Source: Bdellovibrio sp. (GTDB taxonomy: Bacteria; Bdellovibrionota; Bdellovibrionia; Bdellovibrionales; Bdellovibrionaceae). From it: a stretch of 64,000 bases of DNA. Shown in pieces: positions 27,303-38,357 of this stretch; the stretch's first letter is position 1, and each line of letters opens with the position of its first letter. The notes below the pieces were generated by a model, which ran no database searches, was not told where the DNA came from, and saw nothing but the letters and a program-made list of their open reading frames with translations. Position numbers and translations under genes: made by a program. The stretch covers positions 2,592,001 through 2,656,000 of the forward strand of contig JAKFCY010000002.1 of the NCBI GenBank assembly GCA_036676395.1. The letters run 5' to 3'.

Positions 27303-27743
27303 TTAATTTGGCTCAGGTACGAATTTATCAATCGCGCAAAGATAACGTCTTTCTGGCGGATTATCTTTATTCGGCCACCAATAAATGCATTTGATATCTG
27401 CAGTACGGGTAAAACATTTCGGCCCTTCACAGACAGCTCCATTAACGTCTTTTAAAAAGTAGTACAGTTTTTTCGCGACCATACCGGTCTTTTGTACATT
27501 CACGTTATGAAATTCATCGTGCAGCAGACAAGTGTAATTAACTCCACCGTTTACGGCTCTTTGGCAAAGCACAGGTTTTGCCCATTCGCGTGTTTGCATT
27601 TCTGCCGGAAAAGCTGTGCGTAAGCCATATGCGGCTAAGACATTGTATAATTTTTTTGATTGCCCTTCATTTAAAGCAACGGGAACAGCTTGCGCTGCTT
27701 GCGCAAAGGCGAAAAGTAACAAACTTACTAGTAGTGATTTCAT
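27303..27743 (-). CDS. Secreted six-Cys protein (paralogue 3)
   Basis: Signal peptide ending AQA, LNEGQSKKLY motif, six Cys. Confidence 0.8.
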   Translation of the reverse strand: MKSLLVSLLLFAFAQAAQAVPVALNEGQSKKLYNVLAAYGLRTAFPAEMQTREWAKPVLCQRAVNGGVNYTCLLHDEFHNVNVQKTGMVAKKLYYFLKDVNGAVCEGPKCFTRTADIKCIYWWPNKDNPPERRYLCAIDKFVPEPN

Positions 27744-28252
27744 TTTCGATCTCCATTTTTTGGTTTTGGTTTCGGTTGTGATAAAAGGTATTCAACAGAA
27801 CAAGAATATTTATTAGCAACTAACGAACAGGCCATTTTTTCTGCGGCGTTCATACAAGTTTCGCTGTCATCTTCGCAATCCATAGATACATGCTTAACCA
27901 TCAGCTTGAAAAGCGGATCAGCGATCTTATTATATTTCGTTAGTTCACGCGAGCGAAGGTCATCATACAATGAACACCCGAGCTTGCGGCCATCTTCCAT
28001 ATTTTCGACACAAATCACATCTGAAGCCTGAATATTCTTAGTTTGCGTCTGACGGTCTATAACAACAAGTTTCCATTTGTTAAGCACATCAAACAGCTCT
28101 TTAGAATCGACTTCGTTGAGTTCAGTTTTTACCAATTCAGGCTCTGGCGGAATCACTGGATCAGTGGGTAATTCTTGGGCCCAAGCAGAGTTAAAATAAA
28201 ATTGACCGGTGATAAGTAGCGTAAGAAAACTGCGAAGAATATTCTTTTTCAT
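27740..28252 (-). CDS. Secreted six-Cys protein (paralogue 2)
   Basis: Signal peptide ending AWA, ELNEVDSKELF motif, six Cys. Confidence 0.8.
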   Translation of the reverse strand: MKKNILRSFLTLLITGQFYFNSAWAQELPTDPVIPPEPELVKTELNEVDSKELFDVLNKWKLVVIDRQTQTKNIQASDVICVENMEDGRKLGCSLYDDLRSRELTKYNKIADPLFKLMVKHVSMDCEDDSETCMNAAEKMACSLVANKYSCSVEYLLSQPKPKPKNGDRK

Positions 28253-28272
28253 GTTGAATCCTAATATAAAAA

Positions 28273-28752
28273 TTAATTCGTTGGAATTGGTGTGCGAATC
28301 GGCTCAAGCCAACAGATGTGACGTCTTCCGATTGGAATAAGAACTGGCGGATTTTTAGGATCCCATGGATGCCAACAACGGATTAAACGAGCTGCCGTTA
28401 AGCATTCTCTGTTTTCTAAATTGTTTGGTCCACAGATTGTTCCCACATGGCGGTCTAATAGTTTTGCTAACCAGCCGGCCGCCTTATCCGAGCGAGTAAG
28501 TTCTTTATCATGATTAGTGTCTAATAAAGTACAACCTGGATATTTGTATTGATCTTTGTTGTCCCAGTAACAACGGGGATCGATTACATCAATGCGGATA
28601 AGACGTCTTTCTTGATCAGCATAGCGGGTTCCCCATTTTGACAGGGCCATATACATATCTTTTGAATCAGCCTCGTTCAGTTCCATGGGGACCACGGCGG
28701 CAAATGCAGATGACGACATCATTAGCACTAGTGCGACTAACAGTTTTTTCAT
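28273..28752 (-). CDS. Secreted six-Cys protein (paralogue 1)
   Basis: RBS AGGAG, signal peptide ending AFA, ELNEADSKDMY motif, six Cys. Confidence 0.8.
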   Translation of the reverse strand: MKKLLVALVLMMSSSAFAAVVPMELNEADSKDMYMALSKWGTRYADQERRLIRIDVIDPRCYWDNKDQYKYPGCTLLDTNHDKELTRSDKAAGWLAKLLDRHVGTICGPNNLENRECLTAARLIRCWHPWDPKNPPVLIPIGRRHICWLEPIRTPIPTN

Positions 28753-28985
28753 AAAAGCTCCTTTTTTATGTTCTTTTTGTTCGTGTTTGTTTTCCAGAGG
28801 CTTCTATTTTAGAAAAACTGCTGCTTTTGTGAATGTATTTATTTTTTGAACGCCCGTAATAAAACCTACCCTGAGGAAACTTGAGATTGTCGGGGTAAGT
28901 TGATCGGGGCCAGTGCAGCGCAAAAAACGACTTAAAGGCCCAGCTAGCCCTACTATCACTGGGGCAGTTGTGCTAAAGTTTTCAG

Positions 28986-31733
28986 ATGCAAAATTCAAAT
29001 AGCCCCGACTACAAAAGCACGATCCGTTTACCGCAAACTGACTTTCCGATGAAAGGTGATTTACCAATTCGCGAACCTCAGATTATTGCTGGTTGGGAAA
29101 AAAATAATATTTATCAAAAGCTGCAGGAGAAAAACAAAAACGGCCCAGGTTTTACAATGCCTGATGGCCCTCCGTACGCGAATGGTTCAATCCATATCGG
29201 CCATGCTTTAAATAAATCTTTAAAAGATTTCGTGATTAAATATAAAAATATGCAAGGGTACTCTGCCCCGTTTATTCCTGGGTGGGATTGCCACGGTCTT
29301 CCGATTGAGCACAAAGTCATGAAAGACCTTGCCGATAAAAAGATAACAAAAACTGATCAAGAAATTCTAGCGCTGTGTCGTGAAGAAGCGACTAAATGGG
29401 TAAATCATCAACGCGAACAGTTCAAAAGATTAGGCGTGTTAGCTGATTGGGAGAACCCGTACCTAACAATGTCGAAACAATACGAAGCTGAAGAGGTTCG
29501 TGAATTCGCCCGCGCGTTCAAACGCGGCGTAATCTATCAAGGTGTAAAACCAGTTTACTGGAATTGGACTTTAAAAACTGCATTAGCTGATGCCGAGATC
29601 GAATACCACGATAAGGTTTCTCCTTCGATCTATGTAAAATTTAATATCACTGATGATAGAACTTTAGCAAAACTTGGAAATCCAAAAGGCACAACTTCAT
29701 ATGTGATCTGGACAACAACGCCATGGACATTGCCTGCTAACGTGGGTATCGCGCTCCATCCTGAATTTGATTACGGCGTATTCTCGTCTAACGGTGAAAA
29801 CCTAGTGATCGCAAAATCATTAAAAGAATTTTTTGAAAAAGACTCAGGTCTTTCTTTAACATTAGTTTCTACTGTAAAAGGTTCTGATTTAGATTTAACT
29901 GAAGCCCGTCACCCATTCTTAGATCGCAAATCCATTGTCGTCTTGGCTGATCACGTAACTGCTGATGCAGGTACTGGCGCGGTTCATACAGCTCCGGGCC
30001 ACGGTGCAGACGATTTCCGTGTTGGACAAAAATATAATTTACCAATTATCAATCCGGTGGCCGAAAACGGAACCTACACTGATGAATTTCCCGAAATGCA
30101 GGGCATGAATATCTTTAAAGCGAATCCTGTGATCATTGAAAAATTAAAAGCTTCAGGGCATTTAATTAAACACACTGATATCACGCACAGCTACCCGCAC
30201 TGCTGGAGATCGAAAACGCCATTAATCTTTAGAACGACGGCGCAATGGTTTATCGGTATCGATCAAGAAAACACCGAGATCAGAAAAAATACTTTAAAAG
30301 CGATGAATGATGTTCAGTTTTTTCCTGAATGGGGTAAAGCGCGTTTTGAAGCGATGATGCAGAATCGTCCCGACTGGTGTTTATCTCGTCAAAGAATCTG
30401 GGGCGTACCAATCCCGATTTATTACAACGAAGAAACTGGCAAACCCTTAGCTGACCTTGATGTTATGATGAAAGTCGCAGATGTTATTGAAGCCGGCGGT
30501 ATCGAAGCGTTTTATACTACCCCTCCAGAAAAAATCATCGGTAAGCCAGGTTATAAACTTGGGCGCGATATTTTAGATGTGTGGTTTGATTCGGGCGTAT
30601 GCCATGCGGCAGTCCAAGCAAAACGCGGATACAAAAATGTTCAGGCTGATATTTACTTAGAAGGTTCTGATCAACATCGCGGCTGGTTTAACACATCAAT
30701 GCTTTCAAGTATGTCGACAACAGGCAAGCCTCCGTTTAAAGCTTTAATCACCCACGGTTTTGTGAATGATTCTCAAGGTCGTAAGATGTCTAAGTCTTTA
30801 GGCAATGTTGTTGATCCAAATGAAATTACAAAACAATCAGGATCTGAGATCGTACGCCTTTGGGCATCGTCAGTAGATTACGGAACAGATGTCGGCTGTG
30901 GTAAGGAAGAATTAACTCGCGTAACTGAGACCTACCGTAAAATCAGAAACACGATGAAATTCTTATTAGGCGCGATCAATGATTTCGATGCCTCTAAAGA
31001 ACAAATCGAAGTTGCAAAAATGCCAATGATTGATCGTTGGATGATGCACCAGTTGAATAAATTAATCACTGAAGTAACTAAAGCTTACGAAGTTTACGAG
31101 TTTTACAAAGTTTACCAATTATTAAATCACTTCTTCACAGTGACTTTGTCTGCAACATACATGGATATCTTAAAAGACCGTATGTACACATGGAAAGCTG
31201 ACGGATTAGAACGTAAGTCGACGCAAACTGTTTACCATCACGTGACTACGTCAGTAATGCGTATGATGGCGCCGATTTTAACTTTCTTAGCTGAAGAAAG
31301 TTATGGTTATATGAAAAATAAAGCGCACGATTCCATCTTGTTAGAATCATTTCCGAAAGCTAACGCTTCTTGGAATGCTCCTGATTTAGATGTGACTTTC
31401 GATGATTTGTTAAGAATTCGCTCTGAAGCGCAAAAGAAATTAGAAGAACTACGCACAGCCAAAACAATCGGAGCAAGCTTAGAAGCTTCATTAAATGTTT
31501 CTGCTGATGGCGAAGCCTTTGCTGCGTTAGAAAAATTAAACTTGTCACATGCAAAATGTAACTTACGTGAATTTTTCATCGTGTCGAATGTAACTTTAGT
31601 TAAAGGACCTTTATCTGTAACAGCTGTTAAAGCTGATGGAGAGAAATGTCTTCGTTGTTGGGTGTACGACACTTTATCAACAGCAGCAAACACACAAGGC
31701 TTATGCCCTAAATGTGTTGAGGCCTTAGCGTAA
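28986..31733 (+). CDS. ileS: Isoleucine--tRNA ligase
   Basis: DGPPYANG.IHIGH, GWDCHGLPIE, WTTTPWT, KMSKS, C-terminal C.RCW...C..C zinc finger. Confidence 0.98.
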   Translation: MQNSNSPDYKSTIRLPQTDFPMKGDLPIREPQIIAGWEKNNIYQKLQEKNKNGPGFTMPDGPPYANGSIHIGHALNKSLKDFVIKYKNMQGYSAPFIPGWDCHGLPIEHKVMKDLADKKITKTDQEILALCREEATKWVNHQREQFKRLGVLADWENPYLTMSKQYEAEEVREFARAFKRGVIYQGVKPVYWNWTLKTALADAEIEYHDKVSPSIYVKFNITDDRTLAKLGNPKGTTSYVIWTTTPWTLPANVGIALHPEFDYGVFSSNGENLVIAKSLKEFFEKDSGLSLTLVSTVKGSDLDLTEARHPFLDRKSIVVLADHVTADAGTGAVHTAPGHGADDFRVGQKYNLPIINPVAENGTYTDEFPEMQGMNIFKANPVIIEKLKASGHLIKHTDITHSYPHCWRSKTPLIFRTTAQWFIGIDQENTEIRKNTLKAMNDVQFFPEWGKARFEAMMQNRPDWCLSRQRIWGVPIPIYYNEETGKPLADLDVMMKVADVIEAGGIEAFYTTPPEKIIGKPGYKLGRDILDVWFDSGVCHAAVQAKRGYKNVQADIYLEGSDQHRGWFNTSMLSSMSTTGKPPFKALITHGFVNDSQGRKMSKSLGNVVDPNEITKQSGSEIVRLWASSVDYGTDVGCGKEELTRVTETYRKIRNTMKFLLGAINDFDASKEQIEVAKMPMIDRWMMHQLNKLITEVTKAYEVYEFYKVYQLLNHFFTVTLSATYMDILKDRMYTWKADGLERKSTQTVYHHVTTSVMRMMAPILTFLAEESYGYMKNKAHDSILLESFPKANASWNAPDLDVTFDDLLRIRSEAQKKLEELRTAKTIGASLEASLNVSADGEAFAALEKLNLSHAKCNLREFFIVSNVTLVKGPLSVTAVKADGEKCLRCWVYDTLSTAANTQGLCPKCVEALA

Positions 31734-31734
31734 T

Positions 31735-32229
31735 ATGCGCCAAAAGCTAATTTACCTAATGACGATTTCAAGTTTAGTGATTGCTGCTGACCAGCTCACT
31801 AAACTTTTAGTGCACACAAAGTTTCAGTTACATGAAAGCCGTGTTGTGATTGAAAATTATTTTAATATCACTTACGTCAGAAACTTTGGCGCAGCTTTTG
31901 GAATTTTAGCGCAAACACCCGCGGTTTTTCGCGAAGTGTTTTTCTTGTCGATGCCGCCACTAGCCTGTTCGCTGATTTTATACATCATCTGGGGTTTGAA
32001 AGAAAAACAGACATCACAAATGATCGCGCTATCTTTTATTTTTGGCGGAGCCATTGGTAATTATTTAGATCGCATTCAGTACCGCTATGTGGTCGATTTT
32101 ATTGATTTTCATTTTTATAACCGCCAAACTTGGCCTGCATTCAATATCGCTGATATGGCGATTGTTTGTGGTGTCGGTGCTCTGGTTTATTTGATTATGA
32201 CTGAAAAAGAAACGAAACCTGTAGCGTGA
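31735..32229 (+). CDS. lspA: Lipoprotein signal peptidase II
   Basis: DQLTK, N.GAAFG, GAIGNYLDR, VVDFI, PAFNIAD. Follows ileS. Confidence 0.95.
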   Translation: MRQKLIYLMTISSLVIAADQLTKLLVHTKFQLHESRVVIENYFNITYVRNFGAAFGILAQTPAVFREVFFLSMPPLACSLILYIIWGLKEKQTSQMIALSFIFGGAIGNYLDRIQYRYVVDFIDFHFYNRQTWPAFNIADMAIVCGVGALVYLIMTEKETKPVA

Positions 32230-32960
32230 AACCCATTTTAGATTTTGGTTTTATTCAGATTCCTACATTCTATTTAGTGATTTCGATGTCAGTGACTTTT
32301 ATCTTGTTGCTGATTAACGCTGAACTTAACCAAAATTCTAAAATCGACCGTAAGATCACTTTTGATTTAGCTCTGATCATTATGATCACTGGCTTCATCG
32401 GCGGCCGATTGGTGCATGTACTTTATGAAGAGTTTGCTTTTTATCAGGAGTTTCCGTTAGAGATTTTTAAATTTTGGAAAGGCGGCTTTGTTTTTTACGG
32501 CGGCTTTATTTTAAGTTTAATTTCAGTGATGGCTTATTTAAAATCTAAAAAACAAAACTTTTACGTATGGGCTGACTTTTTAACCCCCTATTTAGCGTTA
32601 AGCTATGCCCTAGGGCGCATGGGTTGTTTTTTTGAAGGCTGTTGTTATGGCAGCCACTGTGAACTGCCCTGGGCTATCGCCAACCGCCACCCGACCCAGC
32701 TGTATATGGTTGTGGCCGAATTAATTCTGGTTGCAGCGATTATGCTGATCAACAAAAGAAAAAGCTTACCCACAGGCTTAGTCTTTCTAACTTGGGTTTG
32801 TGGCCATGCTATTAATCGTTTTGTTATAGAATTTTTTCGCGAAGATGATCGCGGTGCTTTGATTCTGAATTTAAGTATTTCACAATGGTTAAGTGCGCTG
32901 TTATTTGTTAGCGCACTTTATATGATAAAAAGATTATTGAACTTCGCCAGAAATCGTTGA
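32226..32960 (+). CDS. lgt: Prolipoprotein diacylglyceryl transferase
   Basis: GGRL.HV, WKGG..FYGG, GRMGCFFEGCCYG, RHPTQLY, RFVIEFFR. Confidence 0.92.
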   Translation: MKPILDFGFIQIPTFYLVISMSVTFILLLINAELNQNSKIDRKITFDLALIIMITGFIGGRLVHVLYEEFAFYQEFPLEIFKFWKGGFVFYGGFILSLISVMAYLKSKKQNFYVWADFLTPYLALSYALGRMGCFFEGCCYGSHCELPWAIANRHPTQLYMVVAELILVAAIMLINKRKSLPTGLVFLTWVCGHAINRFVIEFFREDDRGALILNLSISQWLSALLFVSALYMIKRLLNFARNR

Positions 32961-33320
32961 AAACACAGTATAACCTGATGGCACGCCACCAACCAATGGT
33001 TGTTGCGCTGTCGCCGGAGTTCCAGAAGCCGAACTACCCTGTTGAAACGTGTCACCCACACTATGAGTTACCGCATACTGTTGTGCACCTGGAGCTTCAC
33101 CATTCGGACATGGGATTTGGCCAACGCCATTACCGCACTGAACAGTCCCGGTCGACGAAGCACTCGAGATTACGCTTGTGCTTGTTTTACCCGGAATAAA
33201 AACCCCGATCTCGTTTGAGATATCTTGAATTAATGATTGATTACCAAACGGCGAACAGGCAGAGACAGCCATCACCGCAAAAACTAACACACCTAAACGA
33301 AAAGTATTTTGTTTTTTCAT
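32934..33320 (-). CDS. Small lipoprotein, hypothetical
   Basis: Signal peptide with lipobox VSA-C, preceded by a sigma-28-like promoter. Confidence 0.7.
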   Translation of the reverse strand: MKKQNTFRLGVLVFAVMAVSACSPFGNQSLIQDISNEIGVFIPGKTSTSVISSASSTGTVQCGNGVGQIPCPNGEAPGAQQYAVTHSVGDTFQQGSSASGTPATAQQPLVGGVPSGYTVFSTISGEVQ

Positions 33321-33328
33321 ACAAGACT

Positions 33329-33355
33329 CTATCGGCAGAATCCTGGATTTTATTA
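33329..33355 (-). promoter_or_regulatory. Candidate sigma-28 (FliA) promoter
   Basis: Minus strand TAAT-N15-GCCGATAG versus consensus TAAA-N15-GCCGATAA. Confidence 0.65.
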
Positions 33356-33362
33356 AGCCTGC

Positions 33363-33377
33363 GTCTCAACATGAGAC
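33363..33377. promoter_or_regulatory. Palindrome GTCTCA-N3-TGAGAC
   Basis: GTCTCAACATGAGAC, just upstream of the sigma-28-like -35 element. Confidence 0.5.
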
Positions 33378-33386
33378 AAACTCTAG

Positions 33387-35222
33387 TTATTCGATCGAGT
33401 AATTTAAGCCAGCGCGAACCACCGGGCCATCTACATAATAACCATAAGTCGTTTGGTATTCTTGACCAAGAATATTCTCGGCCCGGGCAAATAAATTTAA
33501 ATCTGGACGCACTCGATAATTTCCCACGATATGCACCACAGTATAACTTGGGATTGTCGAAGTTAACGTCGCAAACGTAAATGGCGGCGTAAAAGTAAAG
33601 TACTGATCGCGGCGGCTTCCGGTATGAATAATTTCAGTGCCCAATGCAACTTGATCGTTTACATCGTAGTTAGCTTTTAAGGCTGCCGTTCTTAAAGCAC
33701 GGCGCACAAGCCATGTTCCTGTCGAATGATCTTTTGGCTCTTGGTAACCGAATGATAATTGAACTTTTAACGCTTGCTCTTCATTCACATAGTTAAAATA
33801 AGCTTCGGCACCCGTCGTTTCAGTTTTTGCCACGTTTTGGTATTTACTTGGTGATCCTTGCGGGATAATTAAATTTTCATATTCAGAAGAAAATACCGTT
33901 AAAGCACCGCGTGTTTTTTCGGTTAATTGATTTTCAATCGTTGCTGCTGTTGTTGTTACATTTTCTGGTTTTAAATCAGGATTACCGCGTGTTGAGAAAA
34001 ATTGCTGATACAACGAAGGTGATTTAAAGCCTGTTGAGTGTTCAACTTTTAAAGTGTCTGCGTATGAAAAACCCACTTGATAAGTATCAGCAACAGATTT
34101 CATTTTACTAAGTTCTTTGCGAACACCGGCTTCAGTCACAACCTTGTCAGTTACTTTGTAAGCGCCTTTTACAAAAATGCCTTCGTACTCTTGAAAATAA
34201 TCTGCACCGACCACACCCGTTGATTTATAAAATAATTCTTCGTGGTTAAAACTTACACCTGTGTCGATTTTAAACTTTTCAGATTCAAAAGCTTTTACAT
34301 CTAAACGAATAACTTGCAATAAACCTTCATAGACTTCATCTGTTGCTGTGCCGTCACCAGAAATCGCATCTTGTTCGAATTTACGATCAGTCTGTTGTTG
34401 TGAAAATGCCAATGAAAACCTATCTTTTTTACGAACAACTACACCGGCATTTACAGCTTCAGTTTGGGCATCGAAATTTTCAGTATCAAAAGCTACTCCA
34501 GTTGGGCCATCGTAAGTTGAAATTTGGCTTTGATCGTCAGTGTATTGGCCTTTTAATAAAACTTCATATTCAGGCGAAAATAAATCGCGGTGAATATAAG
34601 TTAAATCTACGTTGGTTAAACGTTGCGGGTAAGTTTTCGAAGACCCCTTAGCTGGCGATTTATTATGCGCATCTGAAACTTTGATGTTGCCGGCAAAACC
34701 CTGTACGTCAGTTAATTTCACCTGTTGAGCTAAATTAATTTCGGCAAAACGCTCGCCACCTTGAAGCATAAAATCAGAAGTCGTTTTAATATCTGTCGGA
34801 AAAGTTTCAATTTTAATAACGCCAGCTAGTGCTTGGCCACCGTAAAGCACAGATTGTGAGCCCTTGATAATTTCAATTTTTTTAATCGCGCGTAAATTTA
34901 ATGTCGAAAGATTTACTGTGCGTTGAATTGTTGATGGATCATAAAACGGAATGCCATCGATTAAAAATAACACGTGGCTGGTGTCGCCACCGCGAATATA
35001 AATTGAATTCGGCGTGAAATTTGAACTCGCAACAGCAACGTTAGCCTCAGAAGAAAGCAGAGTTGAAATGTTATTCACATGTGATTTTTTAATTTCTTTT
35101 TCAGTGATAACTACTTTACTTGAAGAGCTAAAGCTTTGATCGGCAACAACCACTTCAATTTCTTGAATGGCTAAGGTTTGAAGGCTAACGAATAAAACTA
35201 ATAATAGACTTGTGATTTTCAT
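33387..35222 (-). CDS. TonB-dependent outer-membrane receptor (BtuB-like)
   Basis: Plug motifs IYIRG, LIDG, IEIIKG.QSVLYG..ALAGVI. Barrel motifs GFKSPSLYQ, GNPDLKPE, ENILG.EY. Confidence 0.9.
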   Translation of the reverse strand: MKITSLLLVLFVSLQTLAIQEIEVVVADQSFSSSSKVVITEKEIKKSHVNNISTLLSSEANVAVASSNFTPNSIYIRGGDTSHVLFLIDGIPFYDPSTIQRTVNLSTLNLRAIKKIEIIKGSQSVLYGGQALAGVIKIETFPTDIKTTSDFMLQGGERFAEINLAQQVKLTDVQGFAGNIKVSDAHNKSPAKGSSKTYPQRLTNVDLTYIHRDLFSPEYEVLLKGQYTDDQSQISTYDGPTGVAFDTENFDAQTEAVNAGVVVRKKDRFSLAFSQQQTDRKFEQDAISGDGTATDEVYEGLLQVIRLDVKAFESEKFKIDTGVSFNHEELFYKSTGVVGADYFQEYEGIFVKGAYKVTDKVVTEAGVRKELSKMKSVADTYQVGFSYADTLKVEHSTGFKSPSLYQQFFSTRGNPDLKPENVTTTAATIENQLTEKTRGALTVFSSEYENLIIPQGSPSKYQNVAKTETTGAEAYFNYVNEEQALKVQLSFGYQEPKDHSTGTWLVRRALRTAALKANYDVNDQVALGTEIIHTGSRRDQYFTFTPPFTFATLTSTIPSYTVVHIVGNYRVRPDLNLFARAENILGQEYQTTYGYYVDGPVVRAGLNYSIE

Positions 35223-35270
35223 AGAGCGTAGTTTGCACCACGCCCTTAATAAAATGCAATCCTGAAGACG

Positions 35271-37109
35271 CTAGTTCAACTTGTTGGCAACCAATTGATC
35301 AACCACAGATGGATCTAACAAAGTCGATGTGTCACCTAAGCTATCAATTTGATTTTCAGCAATTTTTCTTAAAATACGACGCATGATTTTACCTGAACGA
35401 GTTTTCGGCAATTGTGGTGCCCACTGCAGTTTATCAGGTGTAGCGATCGGCCCGATCAGCTTACGCACATGTTGAACGAGCTCTTGTTTAAGTGTGTCAG
35501 TGCTATCAACGCCATTTTTTAAAGTCACATAAGCATAAATGCCCTGACCTTTGATATCATGCGGGTAACCCACAACTGCAGCTTCGGCTACGCTATGATG
35601 ATCAACCAGTGCTGATTCAATTTCTGCTGTTCCAATACGATGGCCTGACACATTGATCACGTCATCGACACGGCCGGTGATCCAGTAATAGCCATCTTCA
35701 TCGCGCTTACAACCATCACCGGTAAAGTAATATCCCGGATAAGTACTAAAATAAGTTTCTTCAAAACGCTTATGATCTTTATATACCGTACGCATTTGCC
35801 CAGGCCAAGAATCAGCAATCGCCAATACGCCTTCACAAGCTCCCTCTAAAACTTTACCTTCAGGAGATAAAATTATAGCTTCAATACCTGGTAGCGGAAA
35901 AGTCGCTGACCCTGGTTTTGTTTTAGTTTCAGCGGCTAACGGAGAAATTAAAATCCCGCCAGTTTCTGTTTGCCACCAAGTATCTACAACCGGACAGCGA
36001 TTATCGCCGATATTTTCAGAATACCAATGCCAAGCTTCTGGATTAATCGGCTCACCCACCGAACCCAACACGCGTAAAGATTTGCGCGATGTTTTTTTGA
36101 CAGGTTCAGTGCCTTCACGCATCAACGCGCGAATGGCCGTGGGTGCAGTATAAAAAATATTAACCTGATGTTTATCAACCACTTCCCAAAAACGTGATGA
36201 TGTTGGGTAATTTGGAACCCCTTCAAACATCACTGTGGTCGCAGCATTGGCCAGTGGGCCGTAAACGATATAACTATGGCCTGTTACCCAACCCACATCA
36301 GCCGTGCACCAGTAGATTTCATTTTCTTTGTAATCAAAAACTTTTTCATGCGTGTAGCTGACAAAAGCTAAATACCCAGCTGATGTATGCAGTACACCTT
36401 TTGGTTTTCCGGTCGAACCTGAGGTGTACAGAATAAATAACGGGTCTTCAGCATTCATCGTCTCGGGAACACATTCTGCGGATACTGTTTTTAATTCGTC
36501 TTCGTAAGATAAGTCTTTATCTGTGCGCGAAACCGCGCCACCCGTGCGTTTTACGACTAGAACTTTTTCAACAGTTGATACCTTTGTTAAAGCTTCATCG
36601 ACATTTTTTTTCAACGGCACTGTTTTGCCACCGCGATAACCCTCATCAGCTGTAATCACAAATTTAGAATCACAGTCATGAATACGATCTGCTAATGAGC
36701 TCGGCGAAAATCCGCCGAACACCACCGAATGAACGGCTCCGATACGGGCACAGGCAAGCATTACATAAGCAGCTTCTGGAATCATCGGTAAATAAATCGT
36801 GACGAAATCACCTTTTTTTACACCATGCTTTTTTAAGATATTCGCCATACGGCAAACACTAGCGTGTAATTCTTTATACGTGATTTTTTTGGCTTCTTCT
36901 TTAATGTTATCTGGCTCCCAGATAATTGCTACTTTATCAGCATGCTTTGCTAAATGACGATCGATACAATTAGCTGCTACATTTAATTCACCATCGGCGT
37001 ACCATTTGATACTGACTGGCTTTTTAAAAGAGACCTCTTTAAGTTTTGTCCAGGGCTTGATCCAAGTTAAACGCTTCGAAATTTCTGTCCAGTGTTGTTC
37101 GCTATTCAT
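35271..37109 (-). CDS. acs: Acetyl-CoA synthetase
   Basis: [45 protein letters not shown]. Confidence 0.97.
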   Translation of the reverse strand: MNSEQHWTEISKRLTWIKPWTKLKEVSFKKPVSIKWYADGELNVAANCIDRHLAKHADKVAIIWEPDNIKEEAKKITYKELHASVCRMANILKKHGVKKGDFVTIYLPMIPEAAYVMLACARIGAVHSVVFGGFSPSSLADRIHDCDSKFVITADEGYRGGKTVPLKKNVDEALTKVSTVEKVLVVKRTGGAVSRTDKDLSYEDELKTVSAECVPETMNAEDPLFILYTSGSTGKPKGVLHTSAGYLAFVSYTHEKVFDYKENEIYWCTADVGWVTGHSYIVYGPLANAATTVMFEGVPNYPTSSRFWEVVDKHQVNIFYTAPTAIRALMREGTEPVKKTSRKSLRVLGSVGEPINPEAWHWYSENIGDNRCPVVDTWWQTETGGILISPLAAETKTKPGSATFPLPGIEAIILSPEGKVLEGACEGVLAIADSWPGQMRTVYKDHKRFEETYFSTYPGYYFTGDGCKRDEDGYYWITGRVDDVINVSGHRIGTAEIESALVDHHSVAEAAVVGYPHDIKGQGIYAYVTLKNGVDSTDTLKQELVQHVRKLIGPIATPDKLQWAPQLPKTRSGKIMRRILRKIAENQIDSLGDTSTLLDPSVVDQLVANKLN

Positions 37110-37217
37110 GGGTGATCTCCAGTCGCAAAAATCTTAGCTAAAGCCCTGAGAGGGGTCACTTTTTTTATCACAATGGAGCGCGTCTTTTAAGTGACAATCC
37201 TTGTTGAAATAACAGAC

Positions 37218-37236
37218 CTGTCAAATCTGTTGACAG
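37218..37236. promoter_or_regulatory. Palindrome CTGTCAA-N5-TTGACAG in the divergent promoter region
   Basis: Perfect 7+7 inverted repeat that fits the GTC-N9-GAC pattern seen elsewhere. Confidence 0.45.
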
Positions 37237-37307
37237 CTCAGATCGTATAAATTGTTTAAAAGCTCGGTACACTAATTGTAACTCTTCTGGTTGTCAGAGG
37301 AGTTTTT

Positions 37308-38069
37308 ATGAAACATGTACTTTATGTATTAGGCTTATTAGTAATGGTTGGTGGCTTATCAAGTTGCAAAGGCAACAGTGATGACGGCCAAACGAACTTG
37401 TCATGCCCAGCGGGTACTACATATTACAACGGAGCTTGTTACACTGGTAACGGTGGCTACGTGCAACCTGCAACTTACAATTATCAAAATGGTTTCTACG
37501 CAGATACATATTCTGGAACTTCTTCATTACGTATTGTTAACGGTGCAAAAATGACTGAGTTTTTTAAATATGGAATGGGCGTTTGTGATCGCGCTGGCGG
37601 ATACAACGGTGGCCAGTCTTCATGCCAATCTTATGTTGGTGGTTCAATGGATATGATTATTCAATTTCCTCCAAATGGCGGAAACTCGGTATTAGCTACT
37701 TTCGTTGCACAGCCTCGTTATAATCCTTATTTTAATTACTCAGCGCAATTACCATCTGGTTGGGGTGCTCTAGGTATCGCTTTAGGTTATGTAACTGGTG
37801 TTTTCTTGCCAGATCCTAAACAATACAACGGTGTTTATCGCAATCCATTACAATTAGAATTAGCGGTATCTGCAATTAATAATTCTGCAGGTTTTTCAGC
37901 AAACGGCTACGGTGACTACTGGTCAGGATTAAACAGAACAAAAATTACTATTGAAGTTGCTCAAGGAAAGATCCAAGACAACACATTGCCATTTATCTTT
38001 AAAATCGGCGATATTCCTGCAGCGCAAGGTAGCTTCACTCGTTGCCAACGTCAAAACTGCGGTCTTTAA
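37308..38069 (+). CDS. Gly/Tyr/Cys-rich lipoprotein, hypothetical
   Basis: RBS GAGGAG, lipobox LSS-C. Confidence 0.8.
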   Translation: MKHVLYVLGLLVMVGGLSSCKGNSDDGQTNLSCPAGTTYYNGACYTGNGGYVQPATYNYQNGFYADTYSGTSSLRIVNGAKMTEFFKYGMGVCDRAGGYNGGQSSCQSYVGGSMDMIIQFPPNGGNSVLATFVAQPRYNPYFNYSAQLPSGWGALGIALGYVTGVFLPDPKQYNGVYRNPLQLELAVSAINNSAGFSANGYGDYWSGLNRTKITIEVAQGKIQDNTLPFIFKIGDIPAAQGSFTRCQRQNCGL

Positions 38070-38076
38070 TATAAGA

Positions 38077-38322
38077 GTGACAGACAATTCAAATTCATCA
38101 AATGTTAGAAAAGTTAAATGCCCGCAATGCGGGCTTTTAGCGTTGTATTCACCTGAAAATCCAGCTCGTCCATTTTGCTCAGACAGATGCAAACTTATTG
38201 ATCTTGGGGAATGGGCCAGCGAAGGCTATAAAGTCCCCGTTCAAGCCCAAGAATATAACGAAAAAGAACTAGAGCAATTATACGAAGCTTTAAACGACGG
38301 CGAACCAGACGATTCGAAATAG
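38077..38322 (+). CDS. yacG: DNA gyrase inhibitor YacG
   Basis: VKCPQCG...[21 protein letters not shown] signature. GTG 38077 preferred to the track start. Confidence 0.92.
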   Translation: MTDNSNSSNVRKVKCPQCGLLALYSPENPARPFCSDRCKLIDLGEWASEGYKVPVQAQEYNEKELEQLYEALNDGEPDDSK

Positions 38323-38357
38323 TTGCAGGTCATAAGCAACAGGAGTAGTCTTTTTTC

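Noticed and set aside
28753..28985. T-box leader before ileS, and the track ORF 28804..29067
   Set aside because: No T-box motif or terminator is visible. The ORF is antisense to the ileS start and has no features.
35223..35270. Cobalamin riboswitch upstream of the BtuB-like receptor
   Set aside because: The gap is only 48 nt and has no B12-box.
37951..38076. N-terminal extension of yacG in the track
   Set aside because: It overlaps the upstream gene out of frame. GTG 38077 gives a normal-sized YacG.
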